Shown here: positions 17,339-26,881 of the stretch, one piece after another
How positions within the stretch are numbered: the stretch's first letter is position 1
Layout of the letters: every line of letters begins with the position of its first letter
Source of the DNA: Clostridia bacterium
GTDB taxonomy: Bacteria > Bacillota > Clostridia > Oscillospirales > Acutalibacteraceae
NCBI GenBank assembly: GCA_017512465.1
Contig: JAFWGH010000025.1
Span: forward strand, 1 to 52,662
DNA: 52,662 bases
Direction of reading: 5' to 3'
The notes under the pieces: model-generated
Told to the model about the DNA's origin: nothing
Databases searched by the model: none
Seen by the model: the letters and a program-made list of their open reading frames with translations, nothing else
Program-made: the position numbers and the translations under genes

Positions 17339-20300
17339 CTACTCCTCCTCACCTGTATATGTTCCCAACAGTTTCACTTTTTTCGCTTTTGCATTTTCAA
17401 TCGCAAAGCCGAATGGTGCACTAATATCCTGGTGCATCTCCGTAGTGGTCTTGGAAATCTTGATATAATACTGATCCGCTACACCGCTGCCGACCCATAT
17501 TCCGTCGTTTTGGTTGGAATTGGTTTTATACCATTTTTCATAAGTGAAGGTCGAAACATTCTTGGAAGCATCGGCAATAATGATTGTCATTCCCATACCG
17601 TAGGAAAGCTTTTCAAGAACTAATTTCAGCTTTTCTCTTTGCTCTTCATCGAGCTTTTGGTGCAAATCAGCCAATGCGCAGATGACTATAACTTCCTTTT
17701 CATAAACGGGCATTTCCGTTTCTTCCGCCTCGGCATCTTTTATGGCATTATTTCTGGCGAGCACCTTTTCAAACAGGCTTTCCACCTCTTGCGCACACTT
17801 CTTTTTGGTGGTGATGTGGTTTATGTGTGAGGGCAATGTCAACAAAGCTGCCGAATCAATACACATCAGCGGGAACTCCGATTTATCTTGAATCACTTGT
17901 GTCAGGCAGCCGACAAAATCAGCATATTCCGTATCATCACTTTGCACAAAGGATATGAGTGATTTGTCAAAGTTGAAATAGTTTACTTCTAATGATGCGG
18001 TTTCCACACCAATCGGTATCTCTAAGCTGCGCCTTTTAACATAACTGCCAATGTATTCCAAATCCACTCTGTCGGGAAGAACGGGAATACTGCGCACTCT
18101 CAAATAGGAATACTTTTCTCTTGCCTCATCGCAATAAGCTCTAATATCCGCAAACAGGTTGGTACTTTCAATTGCATGCGCTGTTTGGAATTCATAAATC
18201 GCATCCGATTTATACAGACCTCTGCCTTTATACTTTGCGGGCAGCAAGCCGTTGGTTTTACCTAAAATGGAGGCATAATCCGTTTCGTCCGTGACCTGTA
18301 AAACAAAAATCTGGTTAATGTTTTGCATCATTCTGAAACGAATTGCATTTGTGCCGGTTGCTGTTAAGACAAAGTAAATGCCGTACTTGACACCTTCACG
18401 AGTCAAGTTGAGCATATCGCCTTCCAGCTCCTCATAAATTTCAGAGAATGCCGCATAATTGTTTATAACTACGACAATGGAGGAAATTTTTCTTGGCGCC
18501 GATTGGTTGTAAGAAACAATATCGCCGCCGTAATCGGCAAACAATTTTTTTCTTGTTTGGATTTGACCGGAAAGCAATTTAATCAGGTTAATCACTTTTT
18601 CCTGCTCATGTGCCAAAACCACATCACCGACATGCGGCGCATTTTTAAATGCCATTAATGTTTCCGAAGCAAAATCCATGATATACAGATTGACTTCATT
18701 TGGCGAGTATGAGCGCATTAATGAATACATTAATGTTGTCACAAAAGTAGTCTTGCCGCTGCCGGGCATACCGATAACAGCGGTATTACCCTCTGCGGTA
18801 AGCGGCAGTGTTAATGCACCTTGGCGCTGGTTCATCGGGTCATCAAATTCACCGATTATCGGATTAATGCCTTGCGCTGATAAAACGCTGCCGTATTTTT
18901 GCACAAGCGCATCCACATAAATCATTTTGGGAATCGGCTCAAGCCACAAGGGTCTTACCTTAATATGCTCCTGCTCGGCAATTTCCGCCAAATAATCGGT
19001 GATGGCATCGATTTGCTTCTTCGGCTTTGCAATGGATTTCTTTCTTTCAATTCTTGCGCTCTTCATCACTCTGCCGACACTGTCAATTACTTCAATGCTG
19101 TCATCCACCTGCACCTCCGGTTTGTCCGAGGGATAATAGGGCGCACCTGCCCAAGCGGACTGCCCCATCTTGAACATTTCATTATAACCGATTTGCAGAT
19201 AGAATCTGCCGGTATCCTGCAGCTCCGCCGCCTCCGGTCGCTTGAGCATGTCCATACTGTCGCTGCGGTCCTGCACCTTCAGGCAGACTTTAAACTTGGC
19301 ATTAGACCAAATCTGGTCATCTACCACACCGCCGGGCTTTTGCGTAGCAAGTATGAGATGGACACCTAAGCTGCGCCCGATACGCGCCGCGGAAACGAGT
19401 TGTGTCATAAACTCCGGCTGCTGTGTTTTTAATTCCGCAAACTCATCCGAAATAATAAACAAATGCTGCAGCGGCTCATCCACGGTACCTTCACGATACA
19501 TTTTTTGGTACTTATAAATATCAATATTACTGATACCGCTGCGCTTGCTTGCCTTGGCAAAAATCGCCTGTCTTCTTCTCAACTCACTTTGAATGGAAAT
19601 GAGCGAGCGATTAATCGCCGTACCATCCAAGTTTGTGATAATACCGGCTGTATGCGGCAGGTTTTCAAACGCCTTTGCCATACCGCCGCCTTTATAGTCA
19701 ATCAAAACAAAGGCAACTTCCTCGGGATGATAGTTAATCGCTAATGACAAAATATATGTCATAATAAACTCGGATTTACCGGAGCCTGTCATACCCGCCA
19801 CTAAGCCGTGAGGGCCATGATACTTTTCATGCAAATCCAATTTAAAGGAGTCGCCGATGACATCCACGCCGATTTGCGCTTCCAAGGTTTTGGTAGGGTC
19901 ATTATCATGCCATCTGCTTAACACATTTAAGTGCTCGATTTTACCCACACCGTACATTTCCAAAAATGTCAGCATCTTGGGCAGAGTGTGCATGCCTTCG
20001 CCTAAATCCAGCTGAATATTTGCCAGCTTAACACTCAGCGGTTCCAAATCCGCGTTAACTAAAATATCCGAAGTAAAATCGGTGGTTTGACCGGAAATAT
20101 CGTCAAGATTATAAATCCTTCCCAGGTTATTCACCAACTCAACCACATTGCTGCATTCTTTCGGGAGATGTCTTATCTCATCATAAAATGCCACAACGGA
20201 AAAATGGAGATTTTCCTTCGATTCGTAGATTCTGTTTAAAATGTCCGCCCTCAGCGACAGATTCTTATCAAATGCTAAAATAATATAGTATGGGTCTGTG

Positions 20301-21871
20301 CTTTCCAAATCATCGGCACTGAGCGCTTTTCTCGCCTCAAATTCATTGACTAAATATGCGGAAACATCTTTAATATCATCCTGATTCTTGGCTAAAAAGC
20401 GAAACTTTTTATCATTACTCCAAATATGAGGCAGCCATTTTACATAGGCGAGCTGCGCTTCATCTTTCGGATCATAAATAAAAACAAATTTTACTTCATC
20501 ATAGCTGTACAGCGTAGCAAGCTGTAAAATAATACCATTAGCAAAGCTCAAAATGTTGTTGTGCTGACCGAGGACACCAACGATATTGTTTTCAAACAAA
20601 GAAAGGGTAATCGGCACATTTTCAACCATATGCGGCGCTTCACAAAATGCAAGCAGGTTTTCCTCTAATTCATCCCTCTCGATTTCAAAGCGCCTTTCCG
20701 GGTACTGCACTTCCGCATCCAGCGGCATATCACCCATACCGACCTTTACTTTCAAAAAGTCATTTTGCCCGAAAGAGCGGTCCCAAAGCTTTCTGCTGAC
20801 ACTGACAATTCTTTTTTCACATTCCTGCAAATTCACAATATTCTCAAAATAAATTTGCCTTTGACTGTCGGTTTCATCCATAAAGGACTGATAAATTGTC
20901 GCAAGATATTCCTGATATTTTACCTGCCGCAGGGCCTCTTTTTGAATCCTTCTCTTCTTTTCATATCTTTTGGTCAAAATCGGCCACATAACCGTACCCA
21001 AAAGCATACAGCCGGAAGTAACAATGGAAATCGGGTTCCCGTGAATAACACCATAAATAGCAGTCGCCATGGATGCCATACCCATTGTCATAGACGGTCC
21101 TATTGCCATCATCAACGGCATTTCATCACCGGTTTGGCTGCGCGGCGGTGCATCGATTTTGAAAATGCGCGTTTCAATGTCTCTTTTAAATCGCGGTGAA
21201 CGATAAAATCTTTCATCCACTGCTTCATCAAAATCAAACTCTTCCGTTTCCTCAATCTTTTGCGGAACATAATCTGCCAAATCGCCGCTTTTTATCGTAA
21301 CGGTTTGATCGGGATTATTGATGGCAAACATTCTTTTGCCGATTACAATAATCAAACCCATCATAAAAATAACATCGCCGATGTTTAAATTTGCATAGCT
21401 TACTCTCTCACCGTTGACAAAAGTACCGTTGGAACTGTTTTTATCTTCCACGCTCCAACACCCGTTTCTAAAAGACAGCTGTGCATGTGTTCTGGAAAAA
21501 AGCTCATTATTAACGAAAATTTGATTCTCGGCACCTCTGCCGATATTCAGCACAACATCTCTTAAAACAAGGTGCTTTTTGAATTCGACACGGTCATCGG
21601 TTGACGGCTCGGCAAAAATCAAATGGGTCTCATTGGTTTTTTTGCTGATAACATTGTGAATGCTCATCTCGGTCAGCACGCACTGCTCTACCGGATTGTT
21701 TGCCTGATCGACAACTTTAATCTTTTTATTTGACTTTAATGCCCACTTTCCCTCAAAGCCTTCAATGTCAACACTCAGCTTTTCGGAAACAGGAATGCTG
21801 AACTTACCTTCTTTTTTTTGCGGTAAAGTAATGGAAGTAACCTTTTGTTGATTCAATAATGAAACGATCAT
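17339..21871 (-). CDS. essC: EssC/YukB FtsK-SpoIIIE family T7SS ATPase: N-terminal tandem FHA, 2 TM, three ATPase domains.
   Basis: FHA motifs IGRG...SRTHAQL...SSNGTFVNG. Walker A is GMTGSGKSE in D1 and GMPGSGKTT in D2. No recognisable Walker A is present in D3. The track start at 21892 is a TTG that overlaps the AGGAG, so the ATG at 21871 (MIVSLLNQQKV) was preferred. Confidence 0.9.
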   Translation of the reverse strand: MIVSLLNQQKVTSITLPQKKEGKFSIPVSEKLSVDIEGFEGKWALKSNKKIKVVDQANNPVEQCVLTEMSIHNVISKKTNETHLIFAEPSTDDRVEFKKHLVLRDVVLNIGRGAENQIFVNNELFSRTHAQLSFRNGCWSVEDKNSSNGTFVNGERVSYANLNIGDVIFMMGLIIVIGKRMFAINNPDQTVTIKSGDLADYVPQKIEETEEFDFDEAVDERFYRSPRFKRDIETRIFKIDAPPRSQTGDEMPLMMAIGPSMTMGMASMATAIYGVIHGNPISIVTSGCMLLGTVMWPILTKRYEKKRRIQKEALRQVKYQEYLATIYQSFMDETDSQRQIYFENIVNLQECEKRIVSVSRKLWDRSFGQNDFLKVKVGMGDMPLDAEVQYPERRFEIERDELEENLLAFCEAPHMVENVPITLSLFENNIVGVLGQHNNILSFANGIILQLATLYSYDEVKFVFIYDPKDEAQLAYVKWLPHIWSNDKKFRFLAKNQDDIKDVSAYLVNEFEARKALSADDLESTDPYYIILAFDKNLSLRADILNRIYESKENLHFSVVAFYDEIRHLPKECSNVVELVNNLGRIYNLDDISGQTTDFTSDILVNADLEPLSVKLANIQLDLGEGMHTLPKMLTFLEMYGVGKIEHLNVLSRWHDNDPTKTLEAQIGVDVIGDSFKLDLHEKYHGPHGLVAGMTGSGKSEFIMTYILSLAINYHPEEVAFVLIDYKGGGMAKAFENLPHTAGIITNLDGTAINRSLISIQSELRRRQAIFAKASKRSGISNIDIYKYQKMYREGTVDEPLQHLFIISDEFAELKTQQPEFMTQLVSAARIGRSLGVHLILATQKPGGVVDDQIWSNAKFKVCLKVQDRSDSMDMLKRPEAAELQDTGRFYLQIGYNEMFKMGQSAWAGAPYYPSDKPEVQVDDSIEVIDSVGRVMKSARIERKKSIAKPKKQIDAITDYLAEIAEQEHIKVRPLWLEPIPKMIYVDALVQKYGSVLSAQGINPIIGEFDDPMNQRQGALTLPLTAEGNTAVIGMPGSGKTTFVTTLMYSLMRSYSPNEVNLYIMDFASETLMAFKNAPHVGDVVLAHEQEKVINLIKLLSGQIQTRKKLFADYGGDIVSYNQSAPRKISSIVVVINNYAAFSEIYEELEGDMLNLTREGVKYGIYFVLTATGTNAIRFRMMQNINQIFVLQVTDETDYASILGKTNGLLPAKYKGRGLYKSDAIYEFQTAHAIESTNLFADIRAYCDEAREKYSYLRVRSIPVLPDRVDLEYIGSYVKRRSLEIPIGVETASLEVNYFNFDKSLISFVQSDDTEYADFVGCLTQVIQDKSEFPLMCIDSAALLTLPSHINHITTKKKCAQEVESLFEKVLARNNAIKDAEAEETEMPVYEKEVIVICALADLHQKLDEEQREKLKLVLEKLSYGMGMTIIIADASKNVSTFTYEKWYKTNSNQNDGIWVGSGVADQYYIKISKTTTEMHQDISAPFGFAIENAKAKKVKLLGTYTGEEE

Positions 21872-22019
21872 TTCAAGCAAAACTCCTATCAATCATTTGC
21901 GCCTTATTTTACTGCCTTACAGGCAAAAATAAGAAAGATGAACAACGTTTTTTCCCGATAATTATTGATAAAAACACATAAATCGAGCAAAAAAGCCAAA
22001 AAATAAAATCATTAGGCTA

Positions 22020-22049
22020 ATTATACCATTTTTCACTTTTTACAGTCAA
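22020..22049 (-). promoter_or_regulatory. Candidate sigma-A promoter of the essC operon.
   Basis: On the minus strand it reads TTGACT-18 nt-TATAAT with an extended -10 (TGgTATAAT), about 140 nt upstream of essC. Confidence 0.55.
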
Positions 22050-22293
22050 TAATGACTAATTAACAAATCTTGAAAGAATATTTATAAAGAATTACGAAAA
22101 AAAAATAGTTATGTGATTTTTACTCAACAAGCGGTAATTCCCCGCCCCCGGTAAAGCGGCAGTTTCACAGGTATAATACAGCGCGCCTTCGGCTTGCAAG
22201 CACTTTCGGCTTGCGCATAAGCGCACGAAATAAATGCTATTTATGAAAACGGAAGGCGAAAAATCAGGAAAAGAAATTTTCTGAAATTTATGG

Positions 22294-22322
22294 TTGCATT
22301 TTTGATGGAAGTATACTATAAT
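22294..22322 (+). promoter_or_regulatory. Near-consensus promoter driving the tRNA-Pro transcript.
   Basis: TTGCAT (22294-22299), a 17-nt spacer, then TATAAT (22317-22322). Confidence 0.65.
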
Positions 22323-22403
22323 AGTAAAGCAATTTAGCACGCATGCAGTGATAATGATACTATCGGGTGCGGGTGTCCCGCCCTCAACTTTTGCGTAAGC
22401 AAA

Positions 22404-22487
22404 AATATCACTCGCCGTAGGCGAATATCACTGTGCGAAGCACAATATCACTTGTGCAACGCACAAATATCACTGTGAGCGTGAGCG
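22404..22487 (+). repeat. Array of 4 x AATATCACT, each followed by a different 11-13 nt mini-hairpin.
   Basis: The words sit at 22404, 22424, 22444 and 22466. The spacers are cgccgtaggcg, gtgcgaagcac, tgtgcaacgcaca and gtgagcgtgagcg; the first three are perfect 4-5 bp stems with 3-nt loops. Confidence 0.85.
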
Positions 22488-22684
22488 AACATTTCGGGGT
22501 GTAGCGCAGGTGGGCGAGGAGCCGACCGCTCCCTGCGGGAGAAGCAGGGAGGCGACCGAGGGGAGAAAACACAGAGAATTGCGAAGCGCTCCAAGCGAGC
22601 AAGGCGACAATGTTTTCGACGGAAGCGCAGCGGAAACTCTACCCTGCTGTTGCAAGTAGGCTAATAATTAATAATTTAATATTT

Positions 22685-22760
<76 letters not shown>

Positions 22761-22763
22761 AAT

Positions 22764-22788
22764 AAAGCAGGTTTTTAACCTGCTTTAT
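22764..22788 (+). terminator. Rho-independent terminator after tRNA-Pro.
   Basis: aaagcagg-ttttta-acctgcttt followed by ATTTTT. Confidence 0.8.
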
Positions 22789-22945
22789 TTTTATGCAAAT
22801 CGCTCTAAATGGGCTTAAAAAGGCACTAAACGCAATACGCAATTTTTTGAATGGCTTACTTGGGTTGCCATTAGTTGACTTGAGTTTGCCTGAACGTCAA
22901 CCGCTTGCCAACCATTTTGCAACCGTTTCTTGTGCTATGTTTATA

Positions 22946-24409
22946 TTACTCAATAGTTATTATCTGTGTTGCAACTGCATCCTGAAATGCTTTATCGTGT
23001 TCAACTAAAAGCATTGTCGTCTGATAACTTATGATGAGTTTTTCTATCTGTCGCCTTGAATATATATCGATATAGTTCAGCGGTTCATCCCAGATATACA
23101 GGTGTGCTTTGTCGCAAAGGCTTGCGGCGATGTACACTTTTTTCTTTTGCCCTGCAGAATATTCCTGCATATTCTTTTCATACTGGGTTTGATTAAAACC
23201 GAGTTTTTGCAGAATTGCCTTGAATAATACGCTGTCAATATTCCTTTGGGAAGCAAACTCATCAAGTGTTCCGGAAAGCGACGAAGTATCTTGCGGTATG
23301 ACGGACACAATTAAGTTGGAGCCTTTGATTACCGTTCCGTTATATGAAATGCTTTCATCATACAATAATTTCAACAGGCTGCTTTTTCCGCTTCCGTTTT
23401 TTCCGTTAAGAAAAATTCTGTCTCCGCTGTTTACAGTAAAAGAGACGGGCGTATTAATTGCTTTTCCGTCATAGATAACCGATACTTTAATAAACTCTGC
23501 CAACTTACTGGAATGATAAGATAGAGGATATATTTTCAGTTGCTCATCATACTCAACATTTTTCAGTAGTTTGGATTTTTCTTCAAGCGCCTTGTTCTGA
23601 CGGTTTTGCAGATTCTTTGATTTCTGCATCATCTTTGCTGACATATGACCGATATAGCCTTTATCAAATCCGCCAACTTTTGTCTTCTCAACTTTGTCAG
23701 ACCAGTCTGCCGTTCTTCTTGCAGCCTGTTTTAACCGTTTGATGTCTTTTCGCAATCTTTCATTTTGCTCTATTTCGAGACTCTGCTGGTTTTCAAAGTT
23801 ATAAAGCCAAGTTGAGAAATCGCACTTTTTAACTTCAATGTCAGACTTGTTAATAGAAAGAATATGGTCAACACAGTTATCAAGAAATGCTCTGTCGTGC
23901 GATACAAGAATAAATCCTTTTTTCTTATTCAGATATTTTGCAACCATCTCTCTTGCTTCAACATCAAGATGATTCGTCGGTTCATCAATCAGTAGGAAAT
24001 TGTTTTGTCCGAGAAACAGTGTAGCCAACAGCACCTTTGTCTGCTCTCCGTTTGACAATGAACAAAACGGGCGGTACAAGCCTTCTGTGTTAACATCAAG
24101 ATAAGATACTTCTCTGATGATTTCCCATTCTTCTGCAGTCGGACAAACTTCTGTAAGCACATCAAGCGTCATGCTTGTTTTATCCTTTACCTCGTAAGGA
24201 AAATAATCAAACTTTACAGAACTGATGATTTTCCCGCTGTATTCAAATTCACCGAGCAGCAGCCGTAATAAAGTCGTTTTGCCTCTGCCGTTCCTTCCTA
24301 CAAATCCGAGCTTCCAGTCGCTGTCAATCTGAACATTGGCATTTTCAAAAACATTGTCAAAGCTACCCGGATATGCAAATGTAAGGTTTTCGATTTTTAT
24401 TAATGACAT
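22946..24409 (-). CDS. Lsa-family ARE ABC-F ribosomal protection protein (predicted lincosamide/streptogramin A/pleuromutilin resistance).
   Basis: 487 aa with two ABC domains and no TM. The strings DWKLGFVGRNGRGKTTLLRLL, LLIDEPTNHLD...GFILVSHDRAFLD..VDHIL and YIWDEPLNYID...LLVEHD closely match my recollection of Lsa(A). Confidence 0.85.
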   Translation of the reverse strand: MSLIKIENLTFAYPGSFDNVFENANVQIDSDWKLGFVGRNGRGKTTLLRLLLGEFEYSGKIISSVKFDYFPYEVKDKTSMTLDVLTEVCPTAEEWEIIREVSYLDVNTEGLYRPFCSLSNGEQTKVLLATLFLGQNNFLLIDEPTNHLDVEAREMVAKYLNKKKGFILVSHDRAFLDNCVDHILSINKSDIEVKKCDFSTWLYNFENQQSLEIEQNERLRKDIKRLKQAARRTADWSDKVEKTKVGGFDKGYIGHMSAKMMQKSKNLQNRQNKALEEKSKLLKNVEYDEQLKIYPLSYHSSKLAEFIKVSVIYDGKAINTPVSFTVNSGDRIFLNGKNGSGKSSLLKLLYDESISYNGTVIKGSNLIVSVIPQDTSSLSGTLDEFASQRNIDSVLFKAILQKLGFNQTQYEKNMQEYSAGQKKKVYIAASLCDKAHLYIWDEPLNYIDIYSRRQIEKLIISYQTTMLLVEHDKAFQDAVATQIITIE

Positions 24410-24420
24410 ATCATTTGCCT

Positions 24421-24625
24421 CCTAATACAAAATTAAGCTGCAAGGAGAGTATCCCTGCAGCTCAATAGCATAATGAGATACCATATCATACAATAAGGCA
24501 TAATACGGCAAATGATACGAGTGTTAAGATAATCTGCTTGCAAGTGCAGGTAGGCGCAATTACCCCTTGTCCTGCTTAGTTAAATTTTAATTGCAAGTAT
24601 TGATCATCCTGACACCTCTTTCGTT
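24421..24625 (-). promoter_or_regulatory. Leader of the ABC-F gene: 6-codon leader ORF plus a terminator hairpin (ribosome-dependent attenuator).
   Basis: On the minus strand, AAGAGG is followed 7 nt later by ATG ATC AAT ACT TGC AAT TAA (24607-24587, MINTCN). The hairpin GCTGCAGGGA-tactc-TCCTTGCAGC (24461-24437) is followed by TTAATTTTGTATT, then AGGAGG and the ABC-F ATG. Confidence 0.7.
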
Positions 24626-24678
24626 TAATCTATTGCTATTCTAACATAAGGCGGTAAACATTTCAACCATTTTTTCTT

Positions 24679-24900
24679 TTATACTCTTCGTTCCCTGCAC
24701 CAGTCAACGAAGGCGGATTTCATTACCTTGAAGTTTTTGCCGACCTTGATAGTCGGGAAGTCCTCACGATAAAATAATTCCCTTGCTGCCTGAACGGAGC
24801 AACCGATGATTTTTGCAACATCCATCGGCGTGAGAAATACGAGTTCATCTTCCTTTTCGTTTGCGATTTCGTCTTTAATTATTTCTTCCATAAAAATCAC
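24679..24900 (-). CDS. Excisionase-family (MerR-like) HTH DNA-binding protein.
   Basis: LTPMDVAKIIGCSVQAARELFYREDFPTIKVGKNFKVMKSAFVDW is a typical Xis/HTH_17 pattern. The true start may be the internal MEEIIKD. Confidence 0.75.
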   Translation of the reverse strand: MIFMEEIIKDEIANEKEDELVFLTPMDVAKIIGCSVQAARELFYREDFPTIKVGKNFKVMKSAFVDWCRERRV

Positions 24901-24966
24901 TCCTTTTACTAAAAACCCCTTTTTTTAGTTCTGTGTAAAGATTTTGGATATGGGGTTATATAAAAT

Positions 24967-26490
24967 TTACATAGTCATTGTGAAGCCTTCATCTTCATCC
25001 TCATCATCGTAATATTCGTCAGCATAATTTTGCTTTTGTAACTCCGCTTCCTGACGGAGCCGTTCCTGTTGCTCACGCTTTGCTCTTGCAGATTCATATG
25101 CGGCATTTATAGCGGCTGCGCCGAGGTCAACGATAGCAGCAACGTTGTCTGCTGCACGCTCGGATTCGCTCTCGTCTTTTTCTTTCTTGGTGTCCTGAGT
25201 AACGCCATCCTTCTGTCCGAGTGCGCGCTTCTTGCGCAGCAGTTTTTCTCTTTCCTTTTCATCAAGCTGAGAGTGTAAATTATCAAGCCTTTTACTGCAG
25301 GCGGTGTTAATGAAGAAGCCAACCATATAGGCAACGTCATTTATGATTGCCTTGTTTGTATTATCTGTCGCTGTTTGATTCTCGCCCTGACTCATATCCA
25401 TTTGCAGAACGTAATTGATAATTTTGTTTTTCAGTACCTTGAATTCGTTATTGTCTTCAAGTGGTATGTCAGGGTTCTTACTGCTGTCATAGTATACCGA
25501 CAGTTTCTCACGGTTCAGCCTGTTCCATTCGGAATATAACTTGCTGATTTCCGGTATTTGCGCAAGCGCTTTCAATATTTCATCAACGCTTTTCTTTATG
25601 TCCTTCGGCAGATAACCGTATTGCTTTTTTCCCGAACATTGTTGTAATTGTTCCGCTAATTTCAGGAATTGCTGAAGCAGATTATCGTCAATGTTAACTC
25701 TGCCGACATCGTAAAGCATTTCATCAAACTTGTCTTTCAGTTCTTCACGGATATCTGTTTGCAGTTTGAATAATTTGTATTGCTCGTTACGGAATATATC
25801 GTTAGCGAAAGCGCTTTTCAGTTTCCTGTAACCCTTCTCGGTAATGTAGCCGTTGCCTTTGGTTGAGTAAACCATAAGATGTATATGCGGATGATGCGCT
25901 GTGTTATGGAACGCCGCATACCATTTCAGTTCACTGACTGGAATTTTATGCGCCTCTGCAATTTCATTTATGTTTCGCCTGACGCAATTTTTCCAAGCCT
26001 CTGCGTTATCGTAACCTAGCCTTGACGCATCTTCTCTGCGTAAACTGATTATGTCAGAGAAAACAATTCCGTTTACGGCGGCGACTTCTTCTGCAGCTTT
26101 TTCCAAATCAATGTCTTCATCCGTGTCGGAAAACAGTCCGTGCGAGCCGAGCTTTTCAACGCCCGGACGTTCCGCAACGTAATGCACAAGCGTTTTCAAA
26201 TCAGCGACTGTATCAGCGTTTCTTTCTATGATTGCAGAGAGCAGTTCCGACGCATTTGCCTTCGTCATATTCTTTACGTAAGAATCAAACTCGGGATACA
26301 TACAGATATCGGGGTAGTGACGGAACGCTCTGTAAATTAATGCGTCCTGCTGTTTCGTACTCGGCTTATGCTCGGCGTTGGTATCTAATTTTTCAACGCC
26401 TTCACGCGTTGCCATATACTTTAACAGTTTGCCTGTACCTGCAACTTTTTTGCCTTTGTAATATTGAGTTCTGACAACAATCTTAGCCAT
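24967..26490 (-). CDS. Relaxase / mobilization nuclease (MobL/MOBQ-like).
   Basis: 507 aa. N-terminal KYMATREGVE, and the histidine triad context HNTAHHPHIHLMVYS. The C-terminal region is charged and coiled-coil-like. Confidence 0.75.
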   Translation of the reverse strand: MAKIVVRTQYYKGKKVAGTGKLLKYMATREGVEKLDTNAEHKPSTKQQDALIYRAFRHYPDICMYPEFDSYVKNMTKANASELLSAIIERNADTVADLKTLVHYVAERPGVEKLGSHGLFSDTDEDIDLEKAAEEVAAVNGIVFSDIISLRREDASRLGYDNAEAWKNCVRRNINEIAEAHKIPVSELKWYAAFHNTAHHPHIHLMVYSTKGNGYITEKGYRKLKSAFANDIFRNEQYKLFKLQTDIREELKDKFDEMLYDVGRVNIDDNLLQQFLKLAEQLQQCSGKKQYGYLPKDIKKSVDEILKALAQIPEISKLYSEWNRLNREKLSVYYDSSKNPDIPLEDNNEFKVLKNKIINYVLQMDMSQGENQTATDNTNKAIINDVAYMVGFFINTACSKRLDNLHSQLDEKEREKLLRKKRALGQKDGVTQDTKKEKDESESERAADNVAAIVDLGAAAINAAYESARAKREQQERLRQEAELQKQNYADEYYDDEDEDEGFTMTM

Positions 26491-26881
26491 AATTCAAATC
26501 ATTTCTTGCATTTTCAAGCGTAAGGATTCCGTTATTTTCGGCTACTAATTTTGAAATATATCCGCGCAGGTCTTCAAGAAATTCATCGCTCAGATTATAT
26601 TCACCGCCGATAATTCTTGTTGTCATTCCTGTTTCAACGGCAAGCTTGAACAGTATATCGCTGATGCTTTTCTCTACGCCTCCGATGACATTTTTTATAC
26701 TGCGATTAATAACGGGCGAGAGATAATCCAAACTTTCGTTCTGAAAAAGATAACCGATATAGAAATCAATGGCGGTGCGAACGAAGTCACTTTCCGAAGT
26801 GCAGTTCGAAAGTTTCATTGCGACTTCTATTTTTCTTGCCTGCTCAGGCTCCTGATAATATACATGCCTTTCCTTATTCAT
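26483..26881 (-). CDS. Hypothetical protein, possibly a relaxosome accessory protein.
   Basis: 132-aa ORF overlapping the relaxase start by 8 nt. No confident family assignment. Confidence 0.45.
   Translation of the reverse strand: MNKERHVYYQEPEQARKIEVAMKLSNCTSESDFVRTAIDFYIGYLFQNESLDYLSPVINRSIKNVIGGVEKSISDILFKLAVETGMTTRIIGGEYNLSDEFLEDLRGYISKLVAENNGILTLENARNDLNYG

Noticed and set aside
22404-22487. The word-plus-spacer array considered as a miniature CRISPR array.
   Set aside because: The repeats are only 9 nt and the spacers only 11-13 nt, and the spacers are themselves palindromic. There are no cas genes in the window. The same applies to 42075-42161.
22092-22655. Minus-strand ORFs 22092-22340, 22408-22602 and 22470-22655.
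   Set aside because: They overlap the tRNA promoter/leader repeats, lack ribosome-binding sites, and have low-complexity Ser/Arg/Leu/Cys-rich translations.
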